From: an uncultured Planctomycetales bacterium
Lineage (GTDB): Bacteria; Omnitrophota; Gorgyraeia; Zapsychrales; Fredricksoniimonadaceae
Length of the DNA stretch: 35,488 nt
Direction of reading: 5' to 3'
Assembly (NCBI GenBank): GCA_964479285.1
Contig: CAYZLU010000002.1
Span: 1-35,488 of the forward strand
Part shown: positions 21,952 to 31,962 of the stretch, one piece after another
Position numbering within the stretch: the first letter of the stretch is position 1
Layout of the letters: each line of letters opens with the position of its first letter
Program-made: the position numbers and the translations under genes
The notes under the pieces: generated by a model
Database searches by the model: none
What the model was told of the DNA's origin: nothing
Seen by the model: only the letters and a program-made list of their open reading frames with translations

Positions 21952-23116
21952 TGGAATCCCAGTCTGGGGTGATCCTCTCCCTGAAGCTGTAGCACAAATG
22001 AAGGAGGCAGTGAAATATGATGCGATTTACGGTGCCCTTATGGCCGATCATCACCTTGGCTATTCTGTTCCTGTCGGAGGTGTTATTGCTTACGAAGGGA
22101 AAATTTGCGTTAATGGGGTGGGATTTGATATTGCTTGCGGCAATAAAGCTGTTTTGGTGGACTGTCCTGCTGACGAACTTAAAAATAACATCTATCGGAC
22201 GATGAATGAAGTACAAAAACTTATCTCTTTTGGAGTTGGTAGAAAAAATAACGAGAAGGTCGAACATAGTTTATTTTACGATGAATTGTGGAACCAAATT
22301 CCCATCCTCAGAGATCTTAAGGGTAAAGCATGTGAGCAATTGGGTACCGTTGGTTCAGGGAACCACTACGTGGATATCTTTACGGATGAGCTTGATCGCG
22401 TTTGGATTGGCGTTCATTTTGGGAGCCGTGGTCTCGGCCATAGCATTGCAACTCACTTCATAAAAGCAGCAGGGGGAAAAGATGGAATCCACGCAATGCC
22501 AGTCATTCTTGATGAAAATTCAGACCTCGGAGCCCAGTATATTAAATGCATGGAACTCGCTGGTCGATATGCTTACGCTGGCAGAGATTGGGTTTGCGAC
22601 CGCGTCGCTAAAATACTACGAGCAAACGTGGTACAGTCAATTCACAATCACCATAACTTTGCATGGCGAGAAAACCATTTTGGTAAGGATCTCTGGGTCA
22701 TTCGAAAAGGGGCTACCCCTGCATTTCCTGGCCAAAGAGGCTTTGTTGGGGGTTCTATGGGAGATATTTCCGTCATACTTGAGGGAATCGAATCGGCTGA
22801 TAGCGCAACGACTTTATATTCGACAGTCCATGGAGCAGGACGTTCAATGGGAAGAATACAAGCCAAAGGAAAAAGATGCCGAAAAACAGGAAAGCAACTT
22901 ACCGAAGGACTTGTCAAACGAGAAGATCATGATGCCTGGATCAAACATATTGGAGTTGAGTTACGAGGGGGGGACCTCGATGAGAGTCCCTTCGCCTATA
23001 AAAGAATTGAACAAGTGTTGGAAGCACATTGTGGAACGATAAAAATATTGCATACATTAAAGCCGATTGGTGTTTGCATGGCAGATGAAAGGGAATACGA
23101 TCCATGGCGCGATTAG
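21938..23116 (+). CDS. rtcB: RtcB RNA 3'-phosphate/5'-OH ligase
   Basis: 'MADHHLGYSVPVGG', 'GFDIACGN', 'GSGNHYVD', 'HFGSRGLGH', 'HNHHNF', 'GGSMGD', 'HGAGR'. Confidence 0.95.
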   Translation: MQVIDGIPVWGDPLPEAVAQMKEAVKYDAIYGALMADHHLGYSVPVGGVIAYEGKICVNGVGFDIACGNKAVLVDCPADELKNNIYRTMNEVQKLISFGVGRKNNEKVEHSLFYDELWNQIPILRDLKGKACEQLGTVGSGNHYVDIFTDELDRVWIGVHFGSRGLGHSIATHFIKAAGGKDGIHAMPVILDENSDLGAQYIKCMELAGRYAYAGRDWVCDRVAKILRANVVQSIHNHHNFAWRENHFGKDLWVIRKGATPAFPGQRGFVGGSMGDISVILEGIESADSATTLYSTVHGAGRSMGRIQAKGKRCRKTGKQLTEGLVKREDHDAWIKHIGVELRGGDLDESPFAYKRIEQVLEAHCGTIKILHTLKPIGVCMADEREYDPWRD

Positions 23117-23541
23117 GATTTAATCCCCTGAATACAATACCGAGAGATATTGTAGCAAAAAAAGTGGTATTTGATGAAGGCGATCATTATGATCCTAAAA
23201 TCAAATCAAACACCCATTGCTATAGCACGCTACCATTACCATTTTGGAAAACAAAAGACCTTCCCTTGAAGGTTAGAAACGATCCTCTATTTGAGGATTT
23301 GACAGGAGCTACATTTGGTAATTTTACCGTGATGGGATTGCTCAAAGGGTTCAAATATGACAAATGGGTTCTTAGATGTTCATGCGGAGCCTATGAAGTT
23401 CGAAGGACAAAGACTCTTCGCAAGATAACCGGAAAGATTGATGAAACTCGATGTCAGAGCTGCTTGGATGGTGAGAGACTGAGGCATCGAGAATATTACA
23501 AAAAGCATGGTATTTATCCCTGGCAAAAGAAAAACAAATGA
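23104..23541 (+). CDS. hypothetical protein with C-terminal zinc ribbon
   Basis: 'CSCG...CQSC'. Overlaps the rtcB end by 13 nt. Confidence 0.55.
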   Translation: MARLGFNPLNTIPRDIVAKKVVFDEGDHYDPKIKSNTHCYSTLPLPFWKTKDLPLKVRNDPLFEDLTGATFGNFTVMGLLKGFKYDKWVLRCSCGAYEVRRTKTLRKITGKIDETRCQSCLDGERLRHREYYKKHGIYPWQKKNK

Positions 23542-23711
23542 TTATCGAACTTACGAATGAAGAAGCAGAATTTTTAGAAAGAATGGTAAAAAGAGCTGTA
23601 GTTTTCTCTGAAATGAGAGAAGATGCTTTTCAGAGATTAAAAGACTCAGATTACCAAAAAGCAAAAAGACTTTTAGATAAATTTATTATAGAGAGAATGA
23701 AAATAAAATGA
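23538..23711 (+). CDS. 57-aa helical protein (below ORF-track cutoff)
   Basis: ATGA overlap with the upstream stop. Hand translation gives MIIELTNEEAEFLERMVKRAVVFSEMREDAFQRLKDSDYQKAKRLLDKFIIERMKIK. Confidence 0.4.
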   Translation: MIIELTNEEAEFLERMVKRAVVFSEMREDAFQRLKDSDYQKAKRLLDKFIIERMKIK

Positions 23712-23753
23712 TTATGTTTTTAGCATTTATTGGTTTAGGATTTTTTGGAATGT

Positions 23754-25658
23754 TTATTCTGGCTCAGCTTGATCTTCTTCCTTGGTGAGTCTATTTTCGA
23801 GATTACTAATTAACAAACTCATTGGAATCCATTTTTCTTGAGAAGCGTTCTTCAAAATATTTAAAGTGATATTTTGATACCAAGGATCTGTAAGTAATTT
23901 TGTTGCAAATTTTCCGGCTACTTCACTACCTAAAATTAATCCTAGTGATTTAAAATTCAATGTTCCAACAGCTTTTCCCAATTCCCATAATTTCATTGAA
24001 CCAAAAATTTGTTTTGCCTGATCTCCTGATATCTTTTTATCTAAATTCTTAATGTTTTTTCCGGTATCAGATATCAACTTTAGATTGGAAGCCTTGTCTT
24101 TACCTAAACCATTAACTAAAACTTCAAAATTCTTATTGTTTTCAAGAGATTTAGAAAGTTTAGTGAAATTTAATCCTTCTTCAGTGGAGGATTTTTTTAT
24201 TAAATTAGAAACTTCTTCAGCTTTGAGATATTTCATCCATGACTTATTAGCTTCTTCAAGTTGATTTGCCAATTTTATTCCATCGCTGCCTTGTTTTTGA
24301 AGAGCCTTTTTGACAGAATCTTTAACCTTTGAAAAAACAAATTCTCTTTGTTTTGGATTATCCCATTGTCCAATCGCATTCAAACCTTTATAGAATTTTA
24401 AATAATAATCTCCTGTTGCAGGCGCCACTTTTTTAGCTTTGACTGAAGGGGTTCCAGGATGTGTAAGGGGCTTACCAAATTCATCTAAAATGTTAGATTT
24501 TGAAGGGGGAATAGCAGCCCTACCACCCTTAAATTTAGGTCTTGCTGATTCTATTGCTGTTTTTAAAAATGAAATAACAGACTTTTCTTGAGGAGTTTGA
24601 GCTAAAGTTTTTTCTAGTCCTTTGACCACCGTATTTAAATCGGAAGCAAAATCCGCAGTAATAGATACTGGTATAGTTTTTGCTGTTTTTTCTAAGTTAT
24701 CAAATATTTCAGAAGAAATATTTTTAAATGCATCGGGCCCTTCAGTAGTAATACCTTTAAAAGAAGATTCTAAAATTTTATCAAAGTTTTTTTGAACATT
24801 TTGTTCAGCATTTAAAAAAGCTTTTTTTGAAGCTTCTGTTTGTTTAGAAACTTTTTTTAAGATGTTTTTTTCTTCCAGAGCATTTTTTGCTAACGTAATA
24901 TCTTGTTGAGAAAATCCAGATTTAGTAAGATTTTCTATTGTTTTTTGAATTTCTTTACTTTTTGAAGTAATTGGCACATTGGTTTTAGGAGATGCTTTTA
25001 CAGCAGCAATAATTTCAGCTGCAGCTTGCATCCACGGGGGAGCACCGAGTTCTTCCAACGTTTGACCGGCAAGCCCAGCTGCAATTGGCGAATTTATGCT
25101 TCCGCCTCCAAAGCTTAAGCTTGCTCCTCCAAATCTACCTATCCTTTTTGCATACCTACCGGCTGCCGTCTTTGGCTCTGAAACAAGACCTGTTTGCTTA
25201 CCAAACTCCTCTACATCTTGAGATGATGGTAATCGTAGAAATGAGGATTCATCGGTATCGGATAATTGCTTTATGTCATTCAGGGATAATTTTTCCCCTT
25301 TGTTAACCTTTCCTAATATATCAGCTTCGCGATCATATTTAGCTTTATCCATAGGAAGCATTTCTTTGCCTTGTAGGCCAAGCAAATCAAAGATATCGCC
25401 GTAACTGCCAAGAGCCCCAATTCCTACGCCCTGGGCACCTTGCTGTGCGAAATCTGTAGCATAGTCACCGAATCCTAATTCTTCGTCTTTTTGGGGAGAA
25501 TTGAAATATCCTAAGACTTCTTCAGGAGAATATCCAGCTTCTTGAGCCTTCATCATCTTTTGTTCAAATTCAGGGTCTTTAGCAGCAAGATGATCCATGA
25601 TTTCTTGATCGGAATATCCAGCTTGTTTTGCCCTTTGATATTTCTCTTGATCGCTCAT
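23754..25658 (-). CDS. large virion protein, candidate internal/ejection protein
   Basis: 634 aa. N-terminal duplicated 'AGYS.EEI..' motif. Occupies the T7 gp15/16-like position, last in the module. Confidence 0.6.
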   Translation of the reverse strand: MSDQEKYQRAKQAGYSDQEIMDHLAAKDPEFEQKMMKAQEAGYSPEEVLGYFNSPQKDEELGFGDYATDFAQQGAQGVGIGALGSYGDIFDLLGLQGKEMLPMDKAKYDREADILGKVNKGEKLSLNDIKQLSDTDESSFLRLPSSQDVEEFGKQTGLVSEPKTAAGRYAKRIGRFGGASLSFGGGSINSPIAAGLAGQTLEELGAPPWMQAAAEIIAAVKASPKTNVPITSKSKEIQKTIENLTKSGFSQQDITLAKNALEEKNILKKVSKQTEASKKAFLNAEQNVQKNFDKILESSFKGITTEGPDAFKNISSEIFDNLEKTAKTIPVSITADFASDLNTVVKGLEKTLAQTPQEKSVISFLKTAIESARPKFKGGRAAIPPSKSNILDEFGKPLTHPGTPSVKAKKVAPATGDYYLKFYKGLNAIGQWDNPKQREFVFSKVKDSVKKALQKQGSDGIKLANQLEEANKSWMKYLKAEEVSNLIKKSSTEEGLNFTKLSKSLENNKNFEVLVNGLGKDKASNLKLISDTGKNIKNLDKKISGDQAKQIFGSMKLWELGKAVGTLNFKSLGLILGSEVAGKFATKLLTDPWYQNITLNILKNASQEKWIPMSLLISNLENRLTKEEDQAEPE

Positions 25659-26923
25659 TGAAAAATCTCATCTAAGGACGGTCTTTCGTTTTTACTAGAT
25701 TCCTGTTGAATCATTGATCTTGCGTGCATGTTGACTTGCTGCAATTGATTTTCTAGTTGATCTTTCAGTCTACGATAATTTTCCGTCGCATACTTTTTAA
25801 TTAAAACCGGATCAGCTCCAGATCCATAATGCTCGACGGCAGCTTTGTAGGTCTCATCTTTTAGATACGCAATTCGATTTCCTAAAGCAAGTTGCTGAGC
25901 AATAAGGCGTCGACCTTCAGGGCTGTTGGCCAGCGTAGGAAAACCCTGCTTAAATTGATCTAAGTCAAAGTTTGTAACACGGCCGGGGAAAAAGTCTTTT
26001 GCTCGTCTTGCCATACGCGCAATTGTTTTTACATAATCTTGAGTTTCGGGCGTTGCTAAAGCCCTAACACGTAAATCACCAGTATCCCAATCAACATTCC
26101 ATTTTTGGACGCCAGTTGGCAATGCACCAGGAATTTCATTTAATTCTTGCAAGTGCTTAACTTCGCGATATTCATCATCTAAAGCATTCAGACGGTCAAC
26201 AGTTTCGTTATAAAGCGGAGTATTTGTTTTTTCACGGTATTCATTTTGCTTAACAATATCGGCTGGCGTCATGCCTTCAGGCTCCGGCAGATCGGGAAAG
26301 TCCAGGTTAAGAGCTCCTAAGTTTGTCCCAGGAATATCAATATTTGGTTTAACTTGCTCCCTGGTCTGGCCTTCTCCGCCAATCCCCTTACCGGATTTTG
26401 ATCGTCTGATTAAATCATTGACATTCTTGATTACATCACTTTGACCACCTACAGGAGCATTTTCCATTTGATTTTGCCAGATTTTCGCCGTTTCTTCAGG
26501 GTATTTTGCCTTGATTAATGAATCATATACACTTTTTCCCGCTTCTCTTTTTTTTAACAGTTCCAAGACTTTTAACTGATTTTGAGGAGTAAGATGTTTA
26601 AGGTCTTTGGGCGAAACTTTTTCACCATTAACGACGCGACTAAGAACTTCTTGTTCCGCTTCATTCTTTTCCAGCTGTTCAATTTCCATGCGCTGTTTAA
26701 AGATTTCCTGGCCTTTTTCTCCATAGGGACTAAGTGCTTCTCTAATAGCTTCTAGCTTTTTAGATTGCGGAGCCCCTTCAAGAGCTTTGTCATGCATGAC
26801 GCTTTCCAAGCTTCTATTAGCAAAGAAGGTGTTTAATCCATTGCCAATGCCTTGTCCTAAGCTCATGCCAAGCATATCTGATAATCTACCTTGAGGATTT
26901 CCTGTTTCAATGATTTGAACCAT
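25655..26923 (-). CDS. virion protein, candidate internal protein
   Basis: 422-aa ORF with 4-nt and 1-nt overlaps with its neighbours. Confidence 0.6.
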   Translation of the reverse strand: MVQIIETGNPQGRLSDMLGMSLGQGIGNGLNTFFANRSLESVMHDKALEGAPQSKKLEAIREALSPYGEKGQEIFKQRMEIEQLEKNEAEQEVLSRVVNGEKVSPKDLKHLTPQNQLKVLELLKKREAGKSVYDSLIKAKYPEETAKIWQNQMENAPVGGQSDVIKNVNDLIRRSKSGKGIGGEGQTREQVKPNIDIPGTNLGALNLDFPDLPEPEGMTPADIVKQNEYREKTNTPLYNETVDRLNALDDEYREVKHLQELNEIPGALPTGVQKWNVDWDTGDLRVRALATPETQDYVKTIARMARRAKDFFPGRVTNFDLDQFKQGFPTLANSPEGRRLIAQQLALGNRIAYLKDETYKAAVEHYGSGADPVLIKKYATENYRRLKDQLENQLQQVNMHARSMIQQESSKNERPSLDEIFQ

Positions 26924-27507
26924 TAGGATATTCCTCCACCCTTAGGACTTTTAAAGAGGCTGTTGATACCAGAAGCTATGTTATTGCCTAATACTGAACT
27001 GACAGGATTCATAACACCTGAAAGAAGATTATTCAAAAACCCTCCATTGCCTTCTTGCTTATTATAGGCAAATGGTTGGTAATTAAGTCCAAGCTGAGAA
27101 AGATTTGAAAAGTTTCCAGATTGACGATTAGCAGATTGGTTTTGCAGATCAGTAAAGAGCTTAGCAAGATTTGCCTGTAGGCCGGCCGTAGCCCCGCCGA
27201 TAGCTTGCCCAAAACCACTGGATGACAAAGCACCACCACCGGCATATCTTTCCGCAATCATAGGCAAAATTTGCTCTTCAAATTCCTGTAGATAAGGAGC
27301 AGAGAATTGATTGAAAGCTTCAGGGCCATTGCCAAGAATGTTTTGGTCAAATTGATTGGCTAAATCAAAACCTCCTCCTTCTTGGAGCATACCTTGAAGC
27401 CATTGAATAAGATCCTGACCGCCAAACTGCGTTTGTGCTTCTGTGCCGGTCGCAACTTTTTTTAACTTGTCTTTGCTTCCAAAGAGCCACTCGCTGAATT
27501 TTGGCAT
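26923..27507 (-). CDS. Gly/Asn/Gln-rich virion protein (gp14-like position)
   Basis: 194-aa ORF, assigned by synteny. Confidence 0.6.
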   Translation of the reverse strand: MPKFSEWLFGSKDKLKKVATGTEAQTQFGGQDLIQWLQGMLQEGGGFDLANQFDQNILGNGPEAFNQFSAPYLQEFEEQILPMIAERYAGGGALSSSGFGQAIGGATAGLQANLAKLFTDLQNQSANRQSGNFSNLSQLGLNYQPFAYNKQEGNGGFLNNLLSGVMNPVSSVLGNNIASGINSLFKSPKGGGIS

Positions 27508-27514
27508 AATGCAC

Positions 27515-28018
27515 CTAGTTTTTTAAATATTCTAAAACCCATACACACCAGGTCAGGGCGTTACCTGAATTGTTTTGTATAATTATAGTATTTGTCGAGT
27601 TGTTATATCTAACATAAATAGAAGGATCATTTAGAAAATAAGAGAGACCACTTGTATCTATAGCCCCTCCAAAGCCTTGAACAGGATAGAGATAGCCATT
27701 AATTTTTGTTGGCTGCGTTGAAGAGGAAAGCACTATGCTTGTGCTTCCTATAGGTATATTTCCACCATGCAAGGAAACCAAATCGGCGGTAATTCTATAG
27801 CCATTTCTGTTTTGTTGGGGATTGCCCAATTGAAACCACTGCTCAAAAGAAGCGTTTTCTTGTAGGAGAAAAAGACCACTTTCCTTTGTATTTACTGCAT
27901 TTGCTACCCTACGAAGGTAAAGCAAAAGAATATTCTGAAAGTCCTTGTCGTCAGGATTGACATCTAAAGAAATTGGAAGCTGATTAGTGTTTAAAGAGCT
28001 GTCGCTAGAAAAAGTCAT
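27515..28018 (-). CDS. hypothetical virion protein (gp13-like position)
   Basis: 167-aa ORF. Confidence 0.55.
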   Translation of the reverse strand: MTFSSDSSLNTNQLPISLDVNPDDKDFQNILLLYLRRVANAVNTKESGLFLLQENASFEQWFQLGNPQQNRNGYRITADLVSLHGGNIPIGSTSIVLSSSTQPTKINGYLYPVQGFGGAIDTSGLSYFLNDPSIYVRYNNSTNTIIIQNNSGNALTWCVWVLEYLKN

Positions 28019-28033
28019 AGGTATCTATTTTTG

Positions 28034-30889
28034 TTAATTGATTAGACGCCCACCCTCTCTAAACCAAATGTTCATTGCATTGAGCTCCATGGGCGTTTGA
28101 TGGGTAGCTAATTGATTCATTAAGTTATCATCATAGGTTAGCCCTATGCGCAGATATTGACCAAATTGTGTACTATAGAAACGGTACCAGGCATATTCCG
28201 AACCAGGAATATAGGTTTGTCCATTGACAGCTGATGTATTCCAAATGCCTCCAGAGGTATAGGTGCTAAATCCTGTTGAGTTCGTATTATCTAAAGTGAA
28301 GTTATTTGAATCAACCACTGTTATGGAATATATCGCCGCATTTAGCTGCGTCATACCCTTAACATTGCCAATATAGATTAATGTGCTAGTGATTAAACTA
28401 TGATCGGGGCTTGTAATTTGACAAGGATTGGCCTTCGTAGCACCCGTGATAAAACCACAATTTTGTGAAGAATTGATAAGTTCTTGATTACTACTGATAA
28501 GATTTGCTTGCTCACCAAGATAAGAATTTACAAAAAGCTGTATTGTCGTCGCGGCAATGGCTGGAGAAGCAATATTTGCATCCATTTGGAAGTCAATATA
28601 TGAAAGCTTGAATTGTTTACCTTGGCTCTGGAATGGGTTAAAGTCTTTTCCTCTAATATTCATCTTAGGAAATAATGTAACGCGGCCCCCTCCAATATAG
28701 GTGGAAGACGATGAAATGTTAACGGCATTATAATTTTGAGAGGCCTGATCCCAAATGCTTAATGTTACAACATTACGATCGGCAACTGCCGGGGTTCCTG
28801 TATTAGGAATGGAAACGCTATATATTACATTGTTCAGGCCGGGATCGGCACCATCCCATATAGTCCCTTGAATGTAAATGATCTCGCCATTTTCTAAGTT
28901 ATGATTAGGAATTGTAATCTGCGTGGGATTTGTTGAAAAGTTCACGGCGGTTATTGCCATAGTGTTCGCATATAGAGTCAGTGCAGCTTGAGGAGTTTCA
29001 GCATCGGGATTTTGATAAATATTAATAAACCCTTGCTGCGTTCCCAAGGTTACATAGTCGACATATTGTTGGTCGTCAACATTATCCCAGCTGACATTGC
29101 TTTCCCAAAAAGTTGTTAAGCTATCCCATGTGATACCAAATTGAAATTGAGAGGTTCCAAAGCATGTAATGGTATCTCTAAATTTAGCCCAGGTATTATT
29201 GCGATAGTTGAAAACAAGAACGGTATTGGGATAGTTTTGTGTGGTAGAAGCACTGCTCGTGTCTACATAGTTCCAGTAAACAAGTTCCTTCTCAAAATCT
29301 CTAATGCCATGCACAAAGTTGGGAGCGCTATTTTGTATTTCAAAGCCAAAGACTTGCTCAGGAATTTGCTCGTCAAGACGAGTGACACCATTGGCGGCCG
29401 CTTGGATTATCCCTCTGTCGCTGACAGCCATCACTCCCTGATCGAATACAATAGCACTAAAAGGACTAATGGCGCCAAAATCTGAAGAAATTCGTTCGAA
29501 AATAAAAGGAAGGCCATACTCTCCAATGTAACGTAATTGCCAAGTAGAATACTCAAAAAATACTATTAAAGTATTTCTAAAAAAGGCTGCGCTGACAATT
29601 GCCTCGTTAGTAGGAGCATCAATAAAACCTCCACGACCAAAAATATCTTGACGCCACCCATTAGTCTGATCTGTCGGATCGCCAATTTGGCTAAAACGGC
29701 AGCGCGCAAAGAAATTATCAGCTCCCGTGTAGGTATCAGCTGTCGCTCCTTCCCAGGTATTCAAAGCAATAAGACGACCGTAATAAGGGATCAATATTAA
29801 TGCCTGCCATAATGTCAGTGTATCTGTGACGAGAGGCTGTAAGTCTGTCCATGTCGAATTGTTGTAATACCTTATGGGATCATATGAGGATGCGGCAATG
29901 TCAATGTTATTATTTGTAACAAAGAAATATCTCAAATTCGGCGTTGAGCCTCGATAATTTGCTCCCCAGAAAAAATCTTTATCCGTTCCTGTCCAAGTAG
30001 TACCAGGAACTAATTCTGCAAATCCATTGACATATTGATAGGCGTATTTTGTATCAAAGAAGACGGTAGAATCTATGCCAAGGGTAACAACATCTCGTTT
30101 GATAATTCCCATGACGGGCAATGCCGGATAATATACAAAGCTTGCACTAACCGAGACACCGGCTCCAGCAGTATGCGTGAGTGTTATTTCACCAGTCATG
30201 TAATTTATGGTTCCATGATTGGTAAGAGGATTTGTCTGCGCAACTAAATTACCCTGACCATCATCTATAAAAATATTTGTACTTCCAGAAGTTGACGACC
30301 AAGTGCCTCCTGATGACCAAAGTCCCCAGCCATAAGAAGGAACGCCTAATTTAAAGCTTGTATTCGCTGGAATAACCTCAACGGTTCCAATTTCATCTCC
30401 CCACGTTGCATTTATTTCGTTTACACCCGAATTGGGGACTATGACGACTCCAGCTATTGTGACAATGGCTCCATTGTATAGGCCTGTTAAGGTATCAGAA
30501 AAAACCTCGCAGTCCGAAGCTATCGTATAGCCTTTAACACCTGGCGAAAAAGGCCCAGCAACAATATTTCCTGTATGTGTAACAGTATTAAAATATATCT
30601 GCACCGAACCTGCTTGTATTTCTGCATTAGGCTCTGGGGTAATTCCTGCAAGCGTATAAAGATTAAAAGTCCAAGGTGATGCGGAACTGTTACCCAGAGA
30701 TTGGGCATTAAAAAAACGAGAAAGTCGCCCTATAGGAACTTCTCCATCTCGCTTTTTTACTCTATCTCTAAAAACATAAGCATTTTGTAATTCAGAAAAA
30801 GCTTCTTCAGATAAAAGAGCAGGCTTTTTGTCTTGGGTAAGACCACCACTGGGATAACCGCCAATTAATACCTGATGAAATCCAGTCAT
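28034..30889 (-). CDS. tail tubular protein B-like (T7 gp12-like nozzle) with inserted beta-barrel modules
   Basis: N-terminus 'GGLTQDKKP...LQNAYVFRDRVKKRDG' compares with T7 gp12 'GGISQQPD...QKRPP'. Internal 'FFRNTLIVFFE' compares with 'FFFRNRLGFLSGE'. The T7 sequence is recalled from memory. Confidence 0.6.
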   Translation of the reverse strand: MTGFHQVLIGGYPSGGLTQDKKPALLSEEAFSELQNAYVFRDRVKKRDGEVPIGRLSRFFNAQSLGNSSASPWTFNLYTLAGITPEPNAEIQAGSVQIYFNTVTHTGNIVAGPFSPGVKGYTIASDCEVFSDTLTGLYNGAIVTIAGVVIVPNSGVNEINATWGDEIGTVEVIPANTSFKLGVPSYGWGLWSSGGTWSSTSGSTNIFIDDGQGNLVAQTNPLTNHGTINYMTGEITLTHTAGAGVSVSASFVYYPALPVMGIIKRDVVTLGIDSTVFFDTKYAYQYVNGFAELVPGTTWTGTDKDFFWGANYRGSTPNLRYFFVTNNNIDIAASSYDPIRYYNNSTWTDLQPLVTDTLTLWQALILIPYYGRLIALNTWEGATADTYTGADNFFARCRFSQIGDPTDQTNGWRQDIFGRGGFIDAPTNEAIVSAAFFRNTLIVFFEYSTWQLRYIGEYGLPFIFERISSDFGAISPFSAIVFDQGVMAVSDRGIIQAAANGVTRLDEQIPEQVFGFEIQNSAPNFVHGIRDFEKELVYWNYVDTSSASTTQNYPNTVLVFNYRNNTWAKFRDTITCFGTSQFQFGITWDSLTTFWESNVSWDNVDDQQYVDYVTLGTQQGFINIYQNPDAETPQAALTLYANTMAITAVNFSTNPTQITIPNHNLENGEIIYIQGTIWDGADPGLNNVIYSVSIPNTGTPAVADRNVVTLSIWDQASQNYNAVNISSSSTYIGGGRVTLFPKMNIRGKDFNPFQSQGKQFKLSYIDFQMDANIASPAIAATTIQLFVNSYLGEQANLISSNQELINSSQNCGFITGATKANPCQITSPDHSLITSTLIYIGNVKGMTQLNAAIYSITVVDSNNFTLDNTNSTGFSTYTSGGIWNTSAVNGQTYIPGSEYAWYRFYSTQFGQYLRIGLTYDDNLMNQLATHQTPMELNAMNIWFREGGRLIN

Positions 30890-31519
30890 TTAATTACCTA
30901 TAGCGAGCCAGTGATAAGCCCAGGTATGCCCGTCATTATTGATGATTTGAAAACCAGATGGCCCAAGTCCTGATGTGTTTACCCAATAGCTGTATGAACT
31001 GCCAGGACTGGAACTGCTATGTAATCTAGTCACCTGGACATTGAAAATATTGTTAGGAAATACAACATTCGGAGAAGAAGCGAGGTTAACAGTTGGGTTG
31101 CCATTAGTGGCAGAAATAGTGCCCCATTGGACTAAGATGCCGCCCATCCAGGCATAGCCGTTGCTAGTTGGCTGCGCTCCTGTCAGCTGATGGAGGCCCC
31201 CTGAACCGTTCAGAGAAAAAAGCTGAGTATGTCCATCAGGCGGAATCGCTGGTGTCGTTGTGCCATTAACAACAAGAGTGCCAGGAACACCTGAGAACAC
31301 CTGATTATATCCTGAGACCGTTGAAACATCTGTTTGCGAAACTTGGTGTATAATCGTATGGTAACCAGCCGGTTGTGATCCTGGCTGTCCATTATTATTT
31401 ATATGATCAACAGCAAGAGTGAGAAAGGTTCCATCGAGGTTATTTCGTATGGTAACTTTTGTTTGTCCTAAAGAAGAACCGTCCGGTGGATATCCGAGAG
31501 TAAATGTAGGAATAGACAT
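30890..31519 (-). CDS. tail fibre/tail spike-like protein
   Basis: Pattern 'G...IRNN.....L..DH....G......GYH'. Start of the next gene abuts its stop. Confidence 0.6.
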   Translation of the reverse strand: MSIPTFTLGYPPDGSSLGQTKVTIRNNLDGTFLTLAVDHINNNGQPGSQPAGYHTIIHQVSQTDVSTVSGYNQVFSGVPGTLVVNGTTTPAIPPDGHTQLFSLNGSGGLHQLTGAQPTSNGYAWMGGILVQWGTISATNGNPTVNLASSPNVVFPNNIFNVQVTRLHSSSSPGSSYSYWVNTSGLGPSGFQIINNDGHTWAYHWLAIGN

Positions 31520-31531
31520 TTTATTCTTCCT

Positions 31532-31669
31532 TTAACTGACGCAAACAGTTGGTATCGGTTGCACATTTTGGGGACTGCGCAACTTCTTCTTAGCTTTAGC
31601 GCTCATCTTGTCTTTTAAAGCAGAGAGAGGCTTCTTCAGTTTCTTTTCTTTATTCTTGATGACGACCAT
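31532..31669 (-). CDS. possible 45-aa highly basic peptide
   Basis: ATG preceded by AGGA. The track ORF uses an upstream TTG instead. Confidence 0.3.
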   Translation of the reverse strand: MVVIKNKEKKLKKPLSALKDKMSAKAKKKLRSPQNVQPIPTVCVS

Positions 31670-31673
31670 AGGA

Positions 31674-31796
31674 CTATCCTGTTGTATGACGACCCACAAA
31701 AGGCCCTCCACCCATGGGAATGGCCTTATTTGGTAGCGATTTAACTTTCTTTTTCTTATCAATAATAGGTTTTTTAACTGGCTTACTCTTTCTCAT
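31674..31796 (-). CDS. possible 40-aa highly basic peptide
   Basis: Hand translation gives MRKSKPVKKPIIDKKKKVKSLPNKAIPMGGGPFVGRHTTG. Overlaps the end of the upstream small ORF. Confidence 0.25.
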   Translation of the reverse strand: MRKSKPVKKPIIDKKKKVKSLPNKAIPMGGGPFVGRHTTG

Positions 31797-31962
31797 AACC
31801 AGCTAAATCTAAAATTAATAAGGCAACATTTATTGCATTTTCTCTGGTCATTAAAATTTGTTTATATTCATCTTCAAAATTTGTATTTAGGCAAATAATT
31901 TCACCATCACTGAATTCGCAGATTTCAATAACAAAATCATTTCGTATTTCAACTTCTTCCAT
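31783..31962 (-). CDS. 59-aa acidic protein (below ORF-track cutoff)
   Basis: TAATG overlap with the upstream gene. Hand translation begins MEEVEIRNDFVIEICEFSDGEIICLNTNFEDEYKQILMTRENAINVALLILDLAGYEKE. Confidence 0.4.
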   Translation of the reverse strand: MEEVEIRNDFVIEICEFSDGEIICLNTNFEDEYKQILMTRENAINVALLILDLAGYEKE

